From the NCBI GenBank assembly GCA_934249325.1, contig CAKQKW010000006.1, positions 3,491 through 67,490 on the forward strand: a stretch of 64,000 nt of DNA. Direction: 5' to 3'. Below the pieces are notes generated by a model. That model saw only the letters and a list, made by a program, of their open reading frames with translations. It did not search any database and was not told where the DNA came from. Below are positions 7,897 to 17,265 of this stretch, in pieces. The position numbers and the translations under genes were made by a program. The stretch comes from an uncultured Clostridia bacterium (GTDB lineage: Bacteria > Bacillota > Clostridia > Christensenellales > Borkfalkiaceae). The stretch's first letter is position 1. Each line of letters starts with the position of its first letter.

Positions 7897-7917
7897 TCTG
7901 TTTATCTGAATTTTCGC

Positions 7918-9903
7918 TTACTTATTCTTTAAATTGTTTATTGTCTTTTTGACCGTTTCGACTACGTTTTCAACGGTGAAACCGAATTTTTCGAGAAGGG
8001 CGGAGTAGGGGGCGGACGCTCCGAACGTGTCCATTCCGATAACGTCTCCGTCTAATCCGACGTATTTGTACCAAGGCGATTTTGCGCCTGCTTCGATTGC
8101 GATTCTCGCTCTTATCGACGGGTTTAAAACGCTGTTTTTATACGTTTGCTTCTGTTTATCGAAAAGTTCCATACAGGGCATCGATACGACCGTTACGTCT
8201 ATTCCTTCGAGCCTTAACGCGTCTCTCGCCTTCATCGCGAGTTCGACCTCCGACCCCGAAGCCATCAGTATTGCGTCCGAACGGTTTTTCGCCGAACGGG
8301 AAAGAACGTAAGCGCCCTTTAACGCATTGCCGTTCGATTCTTCGTATTGCGGAAGATTTTGTCTCGATAAAACTATACAGGTCGGTCCCTCTTCTTCGAG
8401 GGCGGTTATCCACGCGCAGACCGTCTCTTTTCCGTCCGCGGGACGGAATACTTTCATATTCGGTATCGCGCGAAGTCCCGCAAGTTGTTCGACGGGTTGA
8501 TGCGTTGGTCCGTCCTCGCCGACGCCTATAGAGTCGTGAGTGAGAATATACGTTACGTTTCTGTTCATTAAGGCGGACAAACGCATTGCGTTTTTCATAT
8601 AGTCCGAGAAAATGAAGAAGGTCGCGCAGTAAGGTCTCAAACCGCCGTGAAGCGAAATGCCGTTGCAAATCGCCGCCATAGCGTGTTCTCTTATTCCGAA
8701 GTGGAAATTCGTTCCGCTTCTGTTTTCGGCAGAGTAGTAGGTTCTGTTTTTCATTACCGACTTGTTCGACGGACCCAAATCCGCGCTGCCGCCGACGAGG
8801 TTAGGTATAAGATCGGCGAGGATATTGAGAACTTTCGAACTTGTGTTTCGCGTCGCGTCGGGCTTCGGAAAATCGTAAAGTTGCTTTTCTTTAAAGAAAT
8901 TCGGGAGTTTTCCCTTCATATAGTCGGAATATTTCTGAGCGAGTTCGGGGTATGCCGCCTGATACGCTTTAAACGTTCTCTTCCATATTCTTTGAATTCG
9001 TATTCCCTTCGTGGTATATCTGTGGTGATATTTCTTTACTTCTTCGGGAACGGTGAACGGCGGATAGTCGTAACCGAGGTTTTCTCTGAGTCCCTTGATG
9101 CCGTCCGCTCCGAGCGGCGCTCCGTGAGTGTCTGCGGAACCCGCTTTCGGCGAGCCGTAACCTATTACCGTTCTGACGATTATGAGCGACGGTTTTTCTT
9201 TTTCCGCTTTCGCTTTCGCTATTGCTTTCGCAATCGCCTTCACGTCGTTGCCGTCTTTGACGTTTATGACTTGCCAGCCCTGAGCCGCGTGGCGTTTTCC
9301 CACGTCCTCTGTGAACGCGCCGTCGGTATCGCCTTCTATCGTAATATTATTTTTGTCGTATAAAACTATCAACTTGCCGAGTTTTAAAGTGCCTGCGAGA
9401 GAAGCCGCCTCGTACTCGATGCCTTCCATCATACAACCGTCTCCGCAGAGCGCGTAAGTGTAGTGGTCAACCACGTCGTAATCGGGTTTGTTGAAAGTTG
9501 CCGCTAAAATCGTTTCGGCTATCGCCATACCGACCGCATTCGCTATGCCTTGACCCAAAGGTCCGGTAGTCGTTTCTACGCCGGGGGTAACTCCGTATTC
9601 GGGATGACCGGGTGTTTTCGAGCCTAATTGCCGAAAATTCTTTATGTCCTCCATAGATACGTCGTATCCGAACAAATGAAGAAGAGAGTAGTAGAGCATA
9701 GAGCCGTGACCTGCCGACAAAACAAATCTGTCTCTGTCTGCGAAGTCGGGATCTTTCGGATTGAATTTAAGGTGTTTTGCAAAAAGCGCGTAAGCGATCG
9801 GCGCACTTCCGAGCGGAAGCCCGGGGTGACCCGATTTCGCTTTTTCGATTGCCTCTGCGGAAAGAACCCTCAGCGTGTTTACGGAAAGTTGACTTATATC
9901 CAT
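7918..9903 (-). CDS. tkt: Transketolase
   Basis: Matches include '[11 protein letters not shown]', 'GDGCMMEG' and the C-terminal domain. The start is chosen at the internal Met ([12 protein letters not shown]) because an AGGAG SD precedes it. The ORF track extends 22 codons further, to 9969. Confidence 0.9.
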   Translation of the reverse strand: MDISQLSVNTLRVLSAEAIEKAKSGHPGLPLGSAPIAYALFAKHLKFNPKDPDFADRDRFVLSAGHGSMLYYSLLHLFGYDVSMEDIKNFRQLGSKTPGHPEYGVTPGVETTTGPLGQGIANAVGMAIAETILAATFNKPDYDVVDHYTYALCGDGCMMEGIEYEAASLAGTLKLGKLIVLYDKNNITIEGDTDGAFTEDVGKRHAAQGWQVINVKDGNDVKAIAKAIAKAKAEKEKPSLIIVRTVIGYGSPKAGSADTHGAPLGADGIKGLRENLGYDYPPFTVPEEVKKYHHRYTTKGIRIQRIWKRTFKAYQAAYPELAQKYSDYMKGKLPNFFKEKQLYDFPKPDATRNTSSKVLNILADLIPNLVGGSADLGPSNKSVMKNRTYYSAENRSGTNFHFGIREHAMAAICNGISLHGGLRPYCATFFIFSDYMKNAMRLSALMNRNVTYILTHDSIGVGEDGPTHQPVEQLAGLRAIPNMKVFRPADGKETVCAWITALEEEGPTCIVLSRQNLPQYEESNGNALKGAYVLSRSAKNRSDAILMASGSEVELAMKARDALRLEGIDVTVVSMPCMELFDKQKQTYKNSVLNPSIRARIAIEAGAKSPWYKYVGLDGDVIGMDTFGASAPYSALLEKFGFTVENVVETVKKTINNLKNK

Positions 9904-10086
9904 TAGTAAATCTCCTGTGTGCGTCGTAAGAAACGTACTTAAACCCATTATACATTTTTTTTTCGCCATTTACAAGCAAAAAGGGGTTGTTTTCAGCCCG
10001 ACTTTAAATTTTTCATTTTATACTCCCGACAGTCGGGGAAAATACGCCGCATAATTTTTAATTTCATCAAAAAACCATTATATCGC

Positions 10087-10115
10087 TTTACTTTTTTCAA
10101 TTTATTTTATATAAT
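10087..10115 (+). promoter_or_regulatory. Putative sigma-70-type promoter for proS
   Basis: TTTACT (10087-10092), a 17-nt spacer, then TATAAT (10110-10115). This placement argues against the track start at 10114. Confidence 0.4.
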
Positions 10116-10149
10116 GATTATTATCTATAATTGTAATCGGAGATTAAAA

Positions 10150-11880
10150 ATGCTTGTAAGAAACTTACTCGGCGCAAGATATAAAGAAACGCCCAAGGAC
10201 TGTACGATCGCAAGTCACGCTCTTATGATGAAGGGCGGATACATCAAATATATGAGCAACGGAAGTTACTCGTTGTTCAACCCCGCGAAAAGGATAACTT
10301 CAAAAATCGAAAAAATCATTCGCGAAGAAATGGATAAAATCGGCGGACAAGAAGTGCTTTTCCCCGTCGTAATGCCCGCTTCTCTTTGGGAAGAATCGGG
10401 AAGATATACGAGTATCGGCAGCGAAATGGCTCGTTTTACCGACAGAAACAATATGAAAATGGTACTCGGAATGACCCACGAAGAAGCAGCCGTTCATCTT
10501 GCGAGAGACGTTGCCGCTTCCTATACCGATTACCCGTTTATGATTTATCAGATTCAGACCAAATTCAGAGACGAACCGAGAGCGAGAGGCGGTCTTATAA
10601 GGGTAAGGGAATTTACGATGAAAGACGCGTATTCTTTCCATACCTCGCAAGCCGATCTCGAGGAGTATTACGAAAAGTGTTACGAGGCTTACGTCCGCAT
10701 ATTTAAAAGAACGGGAGCGAAAAACGTTATTGCGGTAAAAAGCGACAGCGGAATGATGGGCGGCAACGTTTCCCACGAGTTTATGCTTCTGACGGATATA
10801 GGCGAGGACACCTTGGCAATCTGCTCGAACGAGGGTTGCGATTATAAGGCGAACGTAGAAGTTGCCGATTGCATAACTCACGAAATAGAAAGCGAAAAGA
10901 GAGACCTTGAAAAAGTCGAAACGCCTAACGTTAAAACGATAGAAGGTCTTAAACATAAACTTGGCGTAGAAACCACGCTTATGTGCAAGGCGGTCGTGTA
11001 TCAGGAAAATCTTACGGACGAATACGTCGTAGTATTCATAAGGGGAGACTTAGAGGTAAACGAAACCAAACTGAGAAACTATCTCAAAGCCGAAGTACAC
11101 CCCGCTACGGGCGTGAATGAGGAAAGCGGAATAGTCGCAGGCTTTATAGGCCCCGTCGGCTTTAACGCTAAGGCAAAAGTGGTGTTTGACCGTTCGCTTA
11201 AAGGTATAGAGAGTTTCGTATGCGGAGCGAACGAGAAAGATTATCATTACGTCGGAATGAATATCGAAAGAGACGTAGGAAAGGTCGAATACGTCGACGT
11301 CGCGAAGGCGTATAACGGCGGCATTTGTCCGATATGCGGAAAGCCGACGATAACCTTGAAAAGAGGAATAGAAGTCGGAAACATATTCCAACTCGGACAG
11401 AAGTATACTAAGTCTATGAATATGACCTACGTGGATAAAGACGGCGAGAGGAAGAACCCGATTATGGGTTGTTACGGTATAGGAGTCGGCAGACTCTGCG
11501 CCTCTATCTGCGAGGAACAGCACGACGCTTACGGCCCCGTTTGGCCTATGCCTATCGCTCCGTGGCAGGTGGAGATCTGCTGTTTGCAGTCTGAGGACGA
11601 AAAGGTCAAAGCGGTTTCCGACGAACTTTACAAAACCCTTTCGGACGCAGGCATAGAGGTTCTTTACGACGACAGAGACGTAAGGGCGGGGTCTATGTTT
11701 GCCGACGCCGATCTTTTTGGAATTCCGATAAGGGCGGTCGTAAGTCAGAAAACGTGCGACAGAGGGGTCGTTGAAATTTCTTACAGAGACAAGTCGTATA
11801 AAGGCGACGTTACCATGGGCAAAGCCGCCGAGGAAATCGAAAGAAGAGTTAAAGAATTACTCGATAAATACAAGGCTTAA
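10150..11880 (+). CDS. proS: Proline--tRNA ligase (prolyl-tRNA synthetase)
   Basis: The sequence is class II aaRS ProRS-like throughout (HALMMKGGYI, FRDEPRARGGLIRVREFTMKDAYSF, GCYGIGVGR). ATG 10150 is preceded by a GGAG. Confidence 0.9.
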   Translation: MLVRNLLGARYKETPKDCTIASHALMMKGGYIKYMSNGSYSLFNPAKRITSKIEKIIREEMDKIGGQEVLFPVVMPASLWEESGRYTSIGSEMARFTDRNNMKMVLGMTHEEAAVHLARDVAASYTDYPFMIYQIQTKFRDEPRARGGLIRVREFTMKDAYSFHTSQADLEEYYEKCYEAYVRIFKRTGAKNVIAVKSDSGMMGGNVSHEFMLLTDIGEDTLAICSNEGCDYKANVEVADCITHEIESEKRDLEKVETPNVKTIEGLKHKLGVETTLMCKAVVYQENLTDEYVVVFIRGDLEVNETKLRNYLKAEVHPATGVNEESGIVAGFIGPVGFNAKAKVVFDRSLKGIESFVCGANEKDYHYVGMNIERDVGKVEYVDVAKAYNGGICPICGKPTITLKRGIEVGNIFQLGQKYTKSMNMTYVDKDGERKNPIMGCYGIGVGRLCASICEEQHDAYGPVWPMPIAPWQVEICCLQSEDEKVKAVSDELYKTLSDAGIEVLYDDRDVRAGSMFADADLFGIPIRAVVSQKTCDRGVVEISYRDKSYKGDVTMGKAAEEIERRVKELLDKYKA

Positions 11881-11885
11881 TTATT

Positions 11886-13001
11886 ATGGCGGGCAAAGCG
11901 AAAAAAAGAGACAATTTTTCATATAACCCCAACAGGTTCAACGCTCTCGACGGCGGAATATGTTATCTCGTTATTCTCACCGTATTTTTCTGCTTGCCGT
12001 ACGTTGTAAAATATACCTGTCGGGATCTTCTTCTTTCCGCGTACAATTACGATACTTACTTGTATCTTCTATTGAATTTGCTTATTTCGCAATCGGCGAT
12101 ATTTTTGGTTGCGTATATATTTTCTGCGGTGAGAAAAGTCAATCCTTTCAGGGGCGGCGGCTACGAGGCGAAGAAAGACGGCGTTCAGATTTTAATGTCG
12201 GTATTGCTGATTATGGGCGTAATGCTCACGTTCTATTACGTTCACATGCAGTTCTCGGACGACGCCGAATTTATTTTCGGTTCGTCTTCGGGTATCGAAC
12301 AACGTTTTTCACCTCTTACAGGTTTATATGCTTTCGTGTACGTCGTTGCAATTTCCGTTCTTCCCGCTATTTGCGAAGAAATGCTTTTCAGAGGAGTGGT
12401 GATGCGAGGTCTCGAACAGTTCGGGGGAGTTACCGCCGTAATCGTATCGTCCCTTGCGTTTTCGCTTATGCACGGCAATTTTTCGCAACTGCTTCTTCAA
12501 TTTATAGGCGGCGTGGCGATTGCTTCGGCGGTTTCCGTAACCCGTAACTATTTAGTCGGTTCGGTAATGCACTTTACCAACAATTTGTTTGCGGTGATTT
12601 ACGGAATTCTGATATACGACGACGGTTCGGCGGGAATATTATTCGCGACCGTGAATAAAGCCGTGGACGGTATGCTTATTCTTATAGGCGTTTCGTTCCT
12701 TGTCGTCAGTATCGTTTATTTTATGAAACTTGCGTTCGATAATCAGAAAAAGAGTATCTCGGGCGAAGAAAAAGTCAATAAATACGAAAAACGCGAGTTT
12801 TACCGCGTAAAAGAAAACGGCAGAGAGTACTTGCTCGACTGCCATGTCAAAGCCGAATTGAAGCCGAGGGGAGAGAACGACGGAAAATTGTTCTATATCG
12901 GCGGAAAATACAGAAAATTAAACGCGAAATCGCCATTTATAATATCGGTAGTTGTTTTTTCGGCGGCGTTTTTGTTCGCGATAATTCAGTTATTTTTGTA
13001 G
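11886..13001 (+). CDS. CPBP-family intramembrane glutamic endopeptidase (CAAX protease/Abi family), polytopic membrane protein
   Basis: The 'CEEMLFRG' and 'FSLMHGN' motifs sit in hydrophobic context. Confidence 0.75.
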   Translation: MAGKAKKRDNFSYNPNRFNALDGGICYLVILTVFFCLPYVVKYTCRDLLLSAYNYDTYLYLLLNLLISQSAIFLVAYIFSAVRKVNPFRGGGYEAKKDGVQILMSVLLIMGVMLTFYYVHMQFSDDAEFIFGSSSGIEQRFSPLTGLYAFVYVVAISVLPAICEEMLFRGVVMRGLEQFGGVTAVIVSSLAFSLMHGNFSQLLLQFIGGVAIASAVSVTRNYLVGSVMHFTNNLFAVIYGILIYDDGSAGILFATVNKAVDGMLILIGVSFLVVSIVYFMKLAFDNQKKSISGEEKVNKYEKREFYRVKENGREYLLDCHVKAELKPRGENDGKLFYIGGKYRKLNAKSPFIISVVVFSAAFLFAIIQLFL

Positions 13002-13008
13002 GAGTGTT

Positions 13009-13989
13009 ATGATATATTCGATTTTAACTATTATTTATTATTTCTTTTCGGTTATTAAATCTACGTTATGCGATATGTGGAATCAGCAGATTAAAGAAGG
13101 CGTGGACTATGGCATAACGTCTGATCCGTCCAACCTTGTTCTGTCGTCGAGCGGCGTATTTACCTATCTCTGGATGATTTTGGGGATAATATTCGGCGTG
13201 TACGTCATATATTATCTTTTCAGATCTTTCGGTTTATACAAGATGGCTAAAAACAGAGGCTTAAAAAATCCGAAGTTGTGCTTCGTTCCTTTTTACGCTT
13301 TGTTTATGGCAAACAGTCTTCGTTCCGATTGTAACGCGCTTAAAAATCATAAACCGTATCCAATAGTTGCGGTATCTGCGATAGGTCTTTATATTTTATT
13401 ATCCGCTATCACCGATTTGGCTTTTTCCATCGGTATTTTATCGGATATAGCCGCGCAGGGAAAAATCACGGCGGATATGTTCAGCGGATCGATTAAAACT
13501 GCGGACGTAATTTCGAATATAATGAGGATTGCAAAAATCGTTTATATCGTATTTATCGCTATGATATTTTTCGATATTTTCAGAACTTACAGTCCGTTCA
13601 GGGCAAACACTCACCTTGTTTTGTCGATAATTTTTCACATCGTTCTCGGAACTCCTTTACTGTACGGAATATTCGTATTCTCTCTGAGAAACGCCAACGC
13701 CGTAAACTATGACGAAGTTCTCGAAAAACGCAGAATTTATTACGGCTACGGCGGTGGATATAACCCTTACGGGAACAATAACGGCGGCAACGACAACGCG
13801 AGAACGAACGATAAAGCGGGCGACCCGTTCGACGATTTTAGCGATAAAAGCGGAACGAACGGAACAGGCGGTTCTTCATCCGACGACCCGTTCGCAGACT
13901 TTGGTTCGGATAGTTCGGCTTCGTCCTATAACAACGGTAAAAAAGACGATAACGGCGGCAACGACGACGATTCCGATTCGTTGTTTTAA
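13009..13989 (+). CDS. Hypothetical polytopic membrane protein with a G/N/D/S-rich disordered C-terminal tail
   Basis: Several hydrophobic helices are followed by the low-complexity tail 'YYGYGGGYNPYGNNNGGND...DPFDDF...DPFADF...DDDSDSLF'. I recognised no family. The start codon is uncertain. Confidence 0.45.
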   Translation: MIYSILTIIYYFFSVIKSTLCDMWNQQIKEGVDYGITSDPSNLVLSSSGVFTYLWMILGIIFGVYVIYYLFRSFGLYKMAKNRGLKNPKLCFVPFYALFMANSLRSDCNALKNHKPYPIVAVSAIGLYILLSAITDLAFSIGILSDIAAQGKITADMFSGSIKTADVISNIMRIAKIVYIVFIAMIFFDIFRTYSPFRANTHLVLSIIFHIVLGTPLLYGIFVFSLRNANAVNYDEVLEKRRIYYGYGGGYNPYGNNNGGNDNARTNDKAGDPFDDFSDKSGTNGTGGSSSDDPFADFGSDSSASSYNNGKKDDNGGNDDDSDSLF

Positions 13990-13992
13990 GAT

Positions 13993-15333
13993 ATGAAAAG
14001 CGATACCATTGCGGCGATTTCCACCGCCCCCGGAGTGGGCGGGGTCGCCATAATAAGAATAAGCGGAAGCGACTCTCTCGCTATCGCCGAAAAAGCGTTC
14101 AGACCGCTCGGAAAAACGGCGGTTAAAGACTTCGAGCCGTATAAAATGTACGTCGGAGAAATCGACGGCGGCAGTTTTACAGACTTCGGAATGTGCGTTT
14201 TTTTCAAAGGTCCCAAAAGTTACACGGGCGAAGATATGGTCGAGTTGCACTGTCACGGCGGCTACGCGATTACGAGAGGAATTTTAAAACGAGTGTTCGA
14301 ACTCGGCGCGACCCCCGCGACGAGAGGCGAATATACGAAAAGGGCGTTTTTAAACGGCAAAATGAGCCTTTCCTCGTGCGAGGGCTTAATCGATATAATT
14401 AACAGCGAAAGCGTGGGCGAGGTCAAAGCGGGTTATTACCTTTACAGGGAAAAACTCAACGCTAAAATAAAGGAAATGCAAGGCGAACTTACATACGCGT
14501 TGGCTTTTATAGAGGCGGGCATAGATTATCCCGAAGAGGGAGTAACCGAAGATAATTTCGATACGGTAAAAGCGACTTTGGAAAAGGTCAGAGACGAGAC
14601 CGCCGAAATTATTTCAAAATACGGAACGGGCAAAAAGATAAAAAACGGCGTAAAAGTCGCAATCGTCGGCAAACCGAACACGGGCAAAAGTTCAATTTTA
14701 AACGAACTTCTGAACTGCGATAAAGCGATCGTTTCGTCCGTCGCGGGTACGACGAGAGACGTCGTAGAAGGCGATATAGATATAGACGGCGTGAGATTTT
14801 GTCTCAGCGATACCGCGGGAATAAGAGAAAGCGGCGACGAAATCGAGACGGCGGGCATTGTAAAATCGAAAAACATACTGAACGCCGCAGATTTGATTAT
14901 GGTCGTACTCGATAATTCTTCGGCTTTACAGGAAGACGACGAAGAAGTTTTGAAAGCGACCGAGGGTAAAGAGAGAATTATCGTCGGAAATAAATCGGAT
15001 ATATCGGCGAAGACCGATATAAAAGCGGACGTTTACGTTTCGGCGAAAACGGGCGAGGGTATAGACAAATTAAAAGAAACGATGACGGACAAGGCGTTCG
15101 GCGGCAAAATAAACTACGACGGCGATTTTCTGACCGAAGAAAGGCATTTAAACGCATTGAAAAACGCATATAATTCAATATGCGAAGCGATAAACGGTTT
15201 TGAACTGAACACGGCGGACTTAACGACCATAGATATTAAAGACGCGTGGGACAGTTTGGGAGAAGTGAGCGGAGAGACGGCAAACGAGAGGATAATAGAC
15301 GAAATTTTCAGTAAATTTTGCGTCGGCAAATGA
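13993..15333 (+). CDS. mnmE: tRNA modification GTPase MnmE (TrmE)
   Basis: The N-terminus 'DTIAAISTAPGVGGVAIIRISG', the G-domain 'GKPNTGKSS' and the C-terminal 'CVGK' are all present. Confidence 0.9.
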   Translation: MKSDTIAAISTAPGVGGVAIIRISGSDSLAIAEKAFRPLGKTAVKDFEPYKMYVGEIDGGSFTDFGMCVFFKGPKSYTGEDMVELHCHGGYAITRGILKRVFELGATPATRGEYTKRAFLNGKMSLSSCEGLIDIINSESVGEVKAGYYLYREKLNAKIKEMQGELTYALAFIEAGIDYPEEGVTEDNFDTVKATLEKVRDETAEIISKYGTGKKIKNGVKVAIVGKPNTGKSSILNELLNCDKAIVSSVAGTTRDVVEGDIDIDGVRFCLSDTAGIRESGDEIETAGIVKSKNILNAADLIMVVLDNSSALQEDDEEVLKATEGKERIIVGNKSDISAKTDIKADVYVSAKTGEGIDKLKETMTDKAFGGKINYDGDFLTEERHLNALKNAYNSICEAINGFELNTADLTTIDIKDAWDSLGEVSGETANERIIDEIFSKFCVGK

Positions 15334-15351
15334 GAAACGGAGGAGTGACAA

Positions 15352-16251
15352 ATGGTAGATCTTGACCTTTACAGAGTATTTTACACCGTGGCGAAATGCG
15401 GTAGTTTAACGAAAGCGGCGGAGGAGTTGTACATATCGCAACCAGCCGTTTCGCAGGCTATAAAGCAACTCGAAACGCAACTCGGCGGAAAACTTTTCAA
15501 CAGGGTAAGTCGCGGAATGGAACTGACCGAAACGGGCGGGGTACAAATGCTTTCGATTGTGGAACAAGCCCTTAAAATGCTCGACGGAGCGGAGGATAAG
15601 TTCAAAGAAATAAGGAACATCGCGACGGGAACGTTGAGAATAAGCGCGTCCGACATAAACATTACGCATTTCTTAATGAGATATATCAAGAAATATCACG
15701 AACTCTATCCGAACGTTACCATTACGCTTAAAGACAGTACCTCGAAAGAGACTATCGAACTGATTAAGGCTCACAAAGCGGACGTAGGTCTTATAAATCT
15801 GCCCGTATACGACAAGGATATTCTTTTGACGGGTCAGACGGGTGAAATTGAGGATATTTTCGTCGCATCGGACAAATACGCCGACCTTTTCGACAAGACT
15901 ATCGAACTTAAAGATATGCCGAATTATCCCGTATTGATGCTCGATAACAGCACCACGACTTCAAAAGAGATTTACAACTTCTTAGAGTCTCTGAATATAA
16001 CGATTGTTCCCGAGTTTGAAGTGGGGAGCGTCGAACTTCTCGTCGAAATGGCTAAAAACGGACTCGGAATAGCATGCATACCGAGGAGATATATTCTCGA
16101 CGAATTGAAAAACAACGAACTTCACGAAATAAACGTAACGCCGAAACTTCCGCTCAGAATGACGGGGGTAGTGGTAAGCAAAGAGGGAGCGGAACACTCG
16201 TTTGTATTAAAAGAATTTATCAGAGTACTCGACGACGATCAATACAAATAA
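15352..16251 (+). CDS. LysR-family transcriptional regulator
   Basis: The N-terminal wHTH 'LYRVFYTVAKCGSLTKAAEELYISQPAVSQAIKQLE..LG.KLF.R' is followed by a substrate-binding domain of typical length. Confidence 0.85.
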   Translation: MVDLDLYRVFYTVAKCGSLTKAAEELYISQPAVSQAIKQLETQLGGKLFNRVSRGMELTETGGVQMLSIVEQALKMLDGAEDKFKEIRNIATGTLRISASDINITHFLMRYIKKYHELYPNVTITLKDSTSKETIELIKAHKADVGLINLPVYDKDILLTGQTGEIEDIFVASDKYADLFDKTIELKDMPNYPVLMLDNSTTTSKEIYNFLESLNITIVPEFEVGSVELLVEMAKNGLGIACIPRRYILDELKNNELHEINVTPKLPLRMTGVVVSKEGAEHSFVLKEFIRVLDDDQYK

Positions 16252-16273
16252 GATAAAAAAATAACAGAAAGTA

Positions 16274-16314
16274 AAAAAACTGCGAATCGACATAAAAGCC
16301 GCACGCAGTTTTTT
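16274..16314. terminator. Bidirectional terminator-like hairpin between the convergent LysR and dnaI genes
   Basis: 'aaaaaactgcg' pairs with 'cgcagtttttt' around a ~19-nt loop. An A-tract lies on one side and a T-tract on the other. Confidence 0.45.
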
Positions 16315-16327
16315 ATTGTTGTTTTTA

Positions 16328-17263
16328 TTATTTAAGCCGTCTTAAATCTTCGCCGTTGATTTCTATACGAACGCCCGTTTTTTTGTCGTTTAATCTCGAT
16401 AAAATTCTGTCGCCGTACCTGTCTAAAAGTTGATTTTGGTCGAGGTTGGTAGTTACTATGTATGGCATACCTTTCGCGTTTCTCTCGGAAAGGAGCGTTA
16501 AAAGATATTCTTCGGTCACGTTTTTATAGAACGGCTCGGTTCCGAGGTCGTCTATAACGAGCATATCGCAACCCGTAAGAATGCTCAGATAGAACGATTT
16601 TTCATATACGGGCGAAACGTGGTATTTGAGAAAAATAACATCGAGTTCGGAAGCCGTGATAAAAATAACGTTAAAGTCTTTCTTTTTAAGATCGTTTGCT
16701 ATGCAGCCCGACAGAAAACTTTTTCCCGTTCCCACGCTTCCCGAAATTACGATATTTTTCGAATTTTTGCCGAATTTGTCGCAGTAGGCGGCGAATTTTT
16801 CGTATATTTTTTTAAGCCCGTTCTTTTCCTCGTATTTCGTTTGCGAAAAGTCGGGCAGGGGTTTTTCTTCAATTCCGAGTTCGTTTAAAATAATCTGAGT
16901 TGCAACCTGATTGAAGCACTTGCATCTTTTTCCGTCTGCGGTGTATCCGCTGTCGTTGCAGCAAGGGCAGAGGTATTTCGGCGTAAGTTTATCATCGGTA
17001 ACGCCGAGTTGTTTTTTTCTTGCGGTCATTTTCTTTTTTGATTCTGCAAGTTCTTGTTCTGCCTCTTTTAAAAGTTGTCGGTCGCCCGAATAGTTTGCTT
17101 TGCTTTTTTTAAGTCTTGCCGAATTAAACTCGTTCAACGCATTCAAATATTTTTCGTCGTTTTCTAAGATTTCCTCGTAATAAGAGACGGACTCCTCGGC
17201 ATTTTTTCTGCGGTTATCGTATTCCGAACGAATTTCTTTGAGCAGAGAATCGCTGTAAATCAT
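16328..17263 (-). CDS. dnaI: Replicative helicase loader, DnaI/DnaC-type AAA+ ATPase with an N-terminal Cys-rich (zinc) motif
   Basis: 'CPCCNDSGY..DGKRCKC' and the Walker A 'GSVGTGKSF' are present, with an IstB-like C-terminal region. It lies directly downstream of a DnaD-domain gene. Confidence 0.8.
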   Translation of the reverse strand: MIYSDSLLKEIRSEYDNRRKNAEESVSYYEEILENDEKYLNALNEFNSARLKKSKANYSGDRQLLKEAEQELAESKKKMTARKKQLGVTDDKLTPKYLCPCCNDSGYTADGKRCKCFNQVATQIILNELGIEEKPLPDFSQTKYEEKNGLKKIYEKFAAYCDKFGKNSKNIVISGSVGTGKSFLSGCIANDLKKKDFNVIFITASELDVIFLKYHVSPVYEKSFYLSILTGCDMLVIDDLGTEPFYKNVTEEYLLTLLSERNAKGMPYIVTTNLDQNQLLDRYGDRILSRLNDKKTGVRIEINGEDLRRLK

Positions 17264-17265
17264 CT

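Noticed and set aside
9904-9969. N-terminal extensions proposed by the ORF track: tkt to 9969, proS from 10114, the 19026 start, galU from 27660, the C_GCAxxG gene from 54363 and the alkylation-repair gene from 43475.
   Set aside because: In each case an internal start has a proper Shine-Dalgarno and matches the conserved N-terminus of the family. The extension overlaps a promoter, a neighbouring gene or a convergent gene.
9970-10149. A possible T-box leader or riboswitch upstream of proS.
   Set aside because: Only ~30-60 nt lie between the best promoter and the start codon. There is no T-box consensus and no specifier/antiterminator architecture, only a small 'cccgac-a-gtcggg' hairpin.
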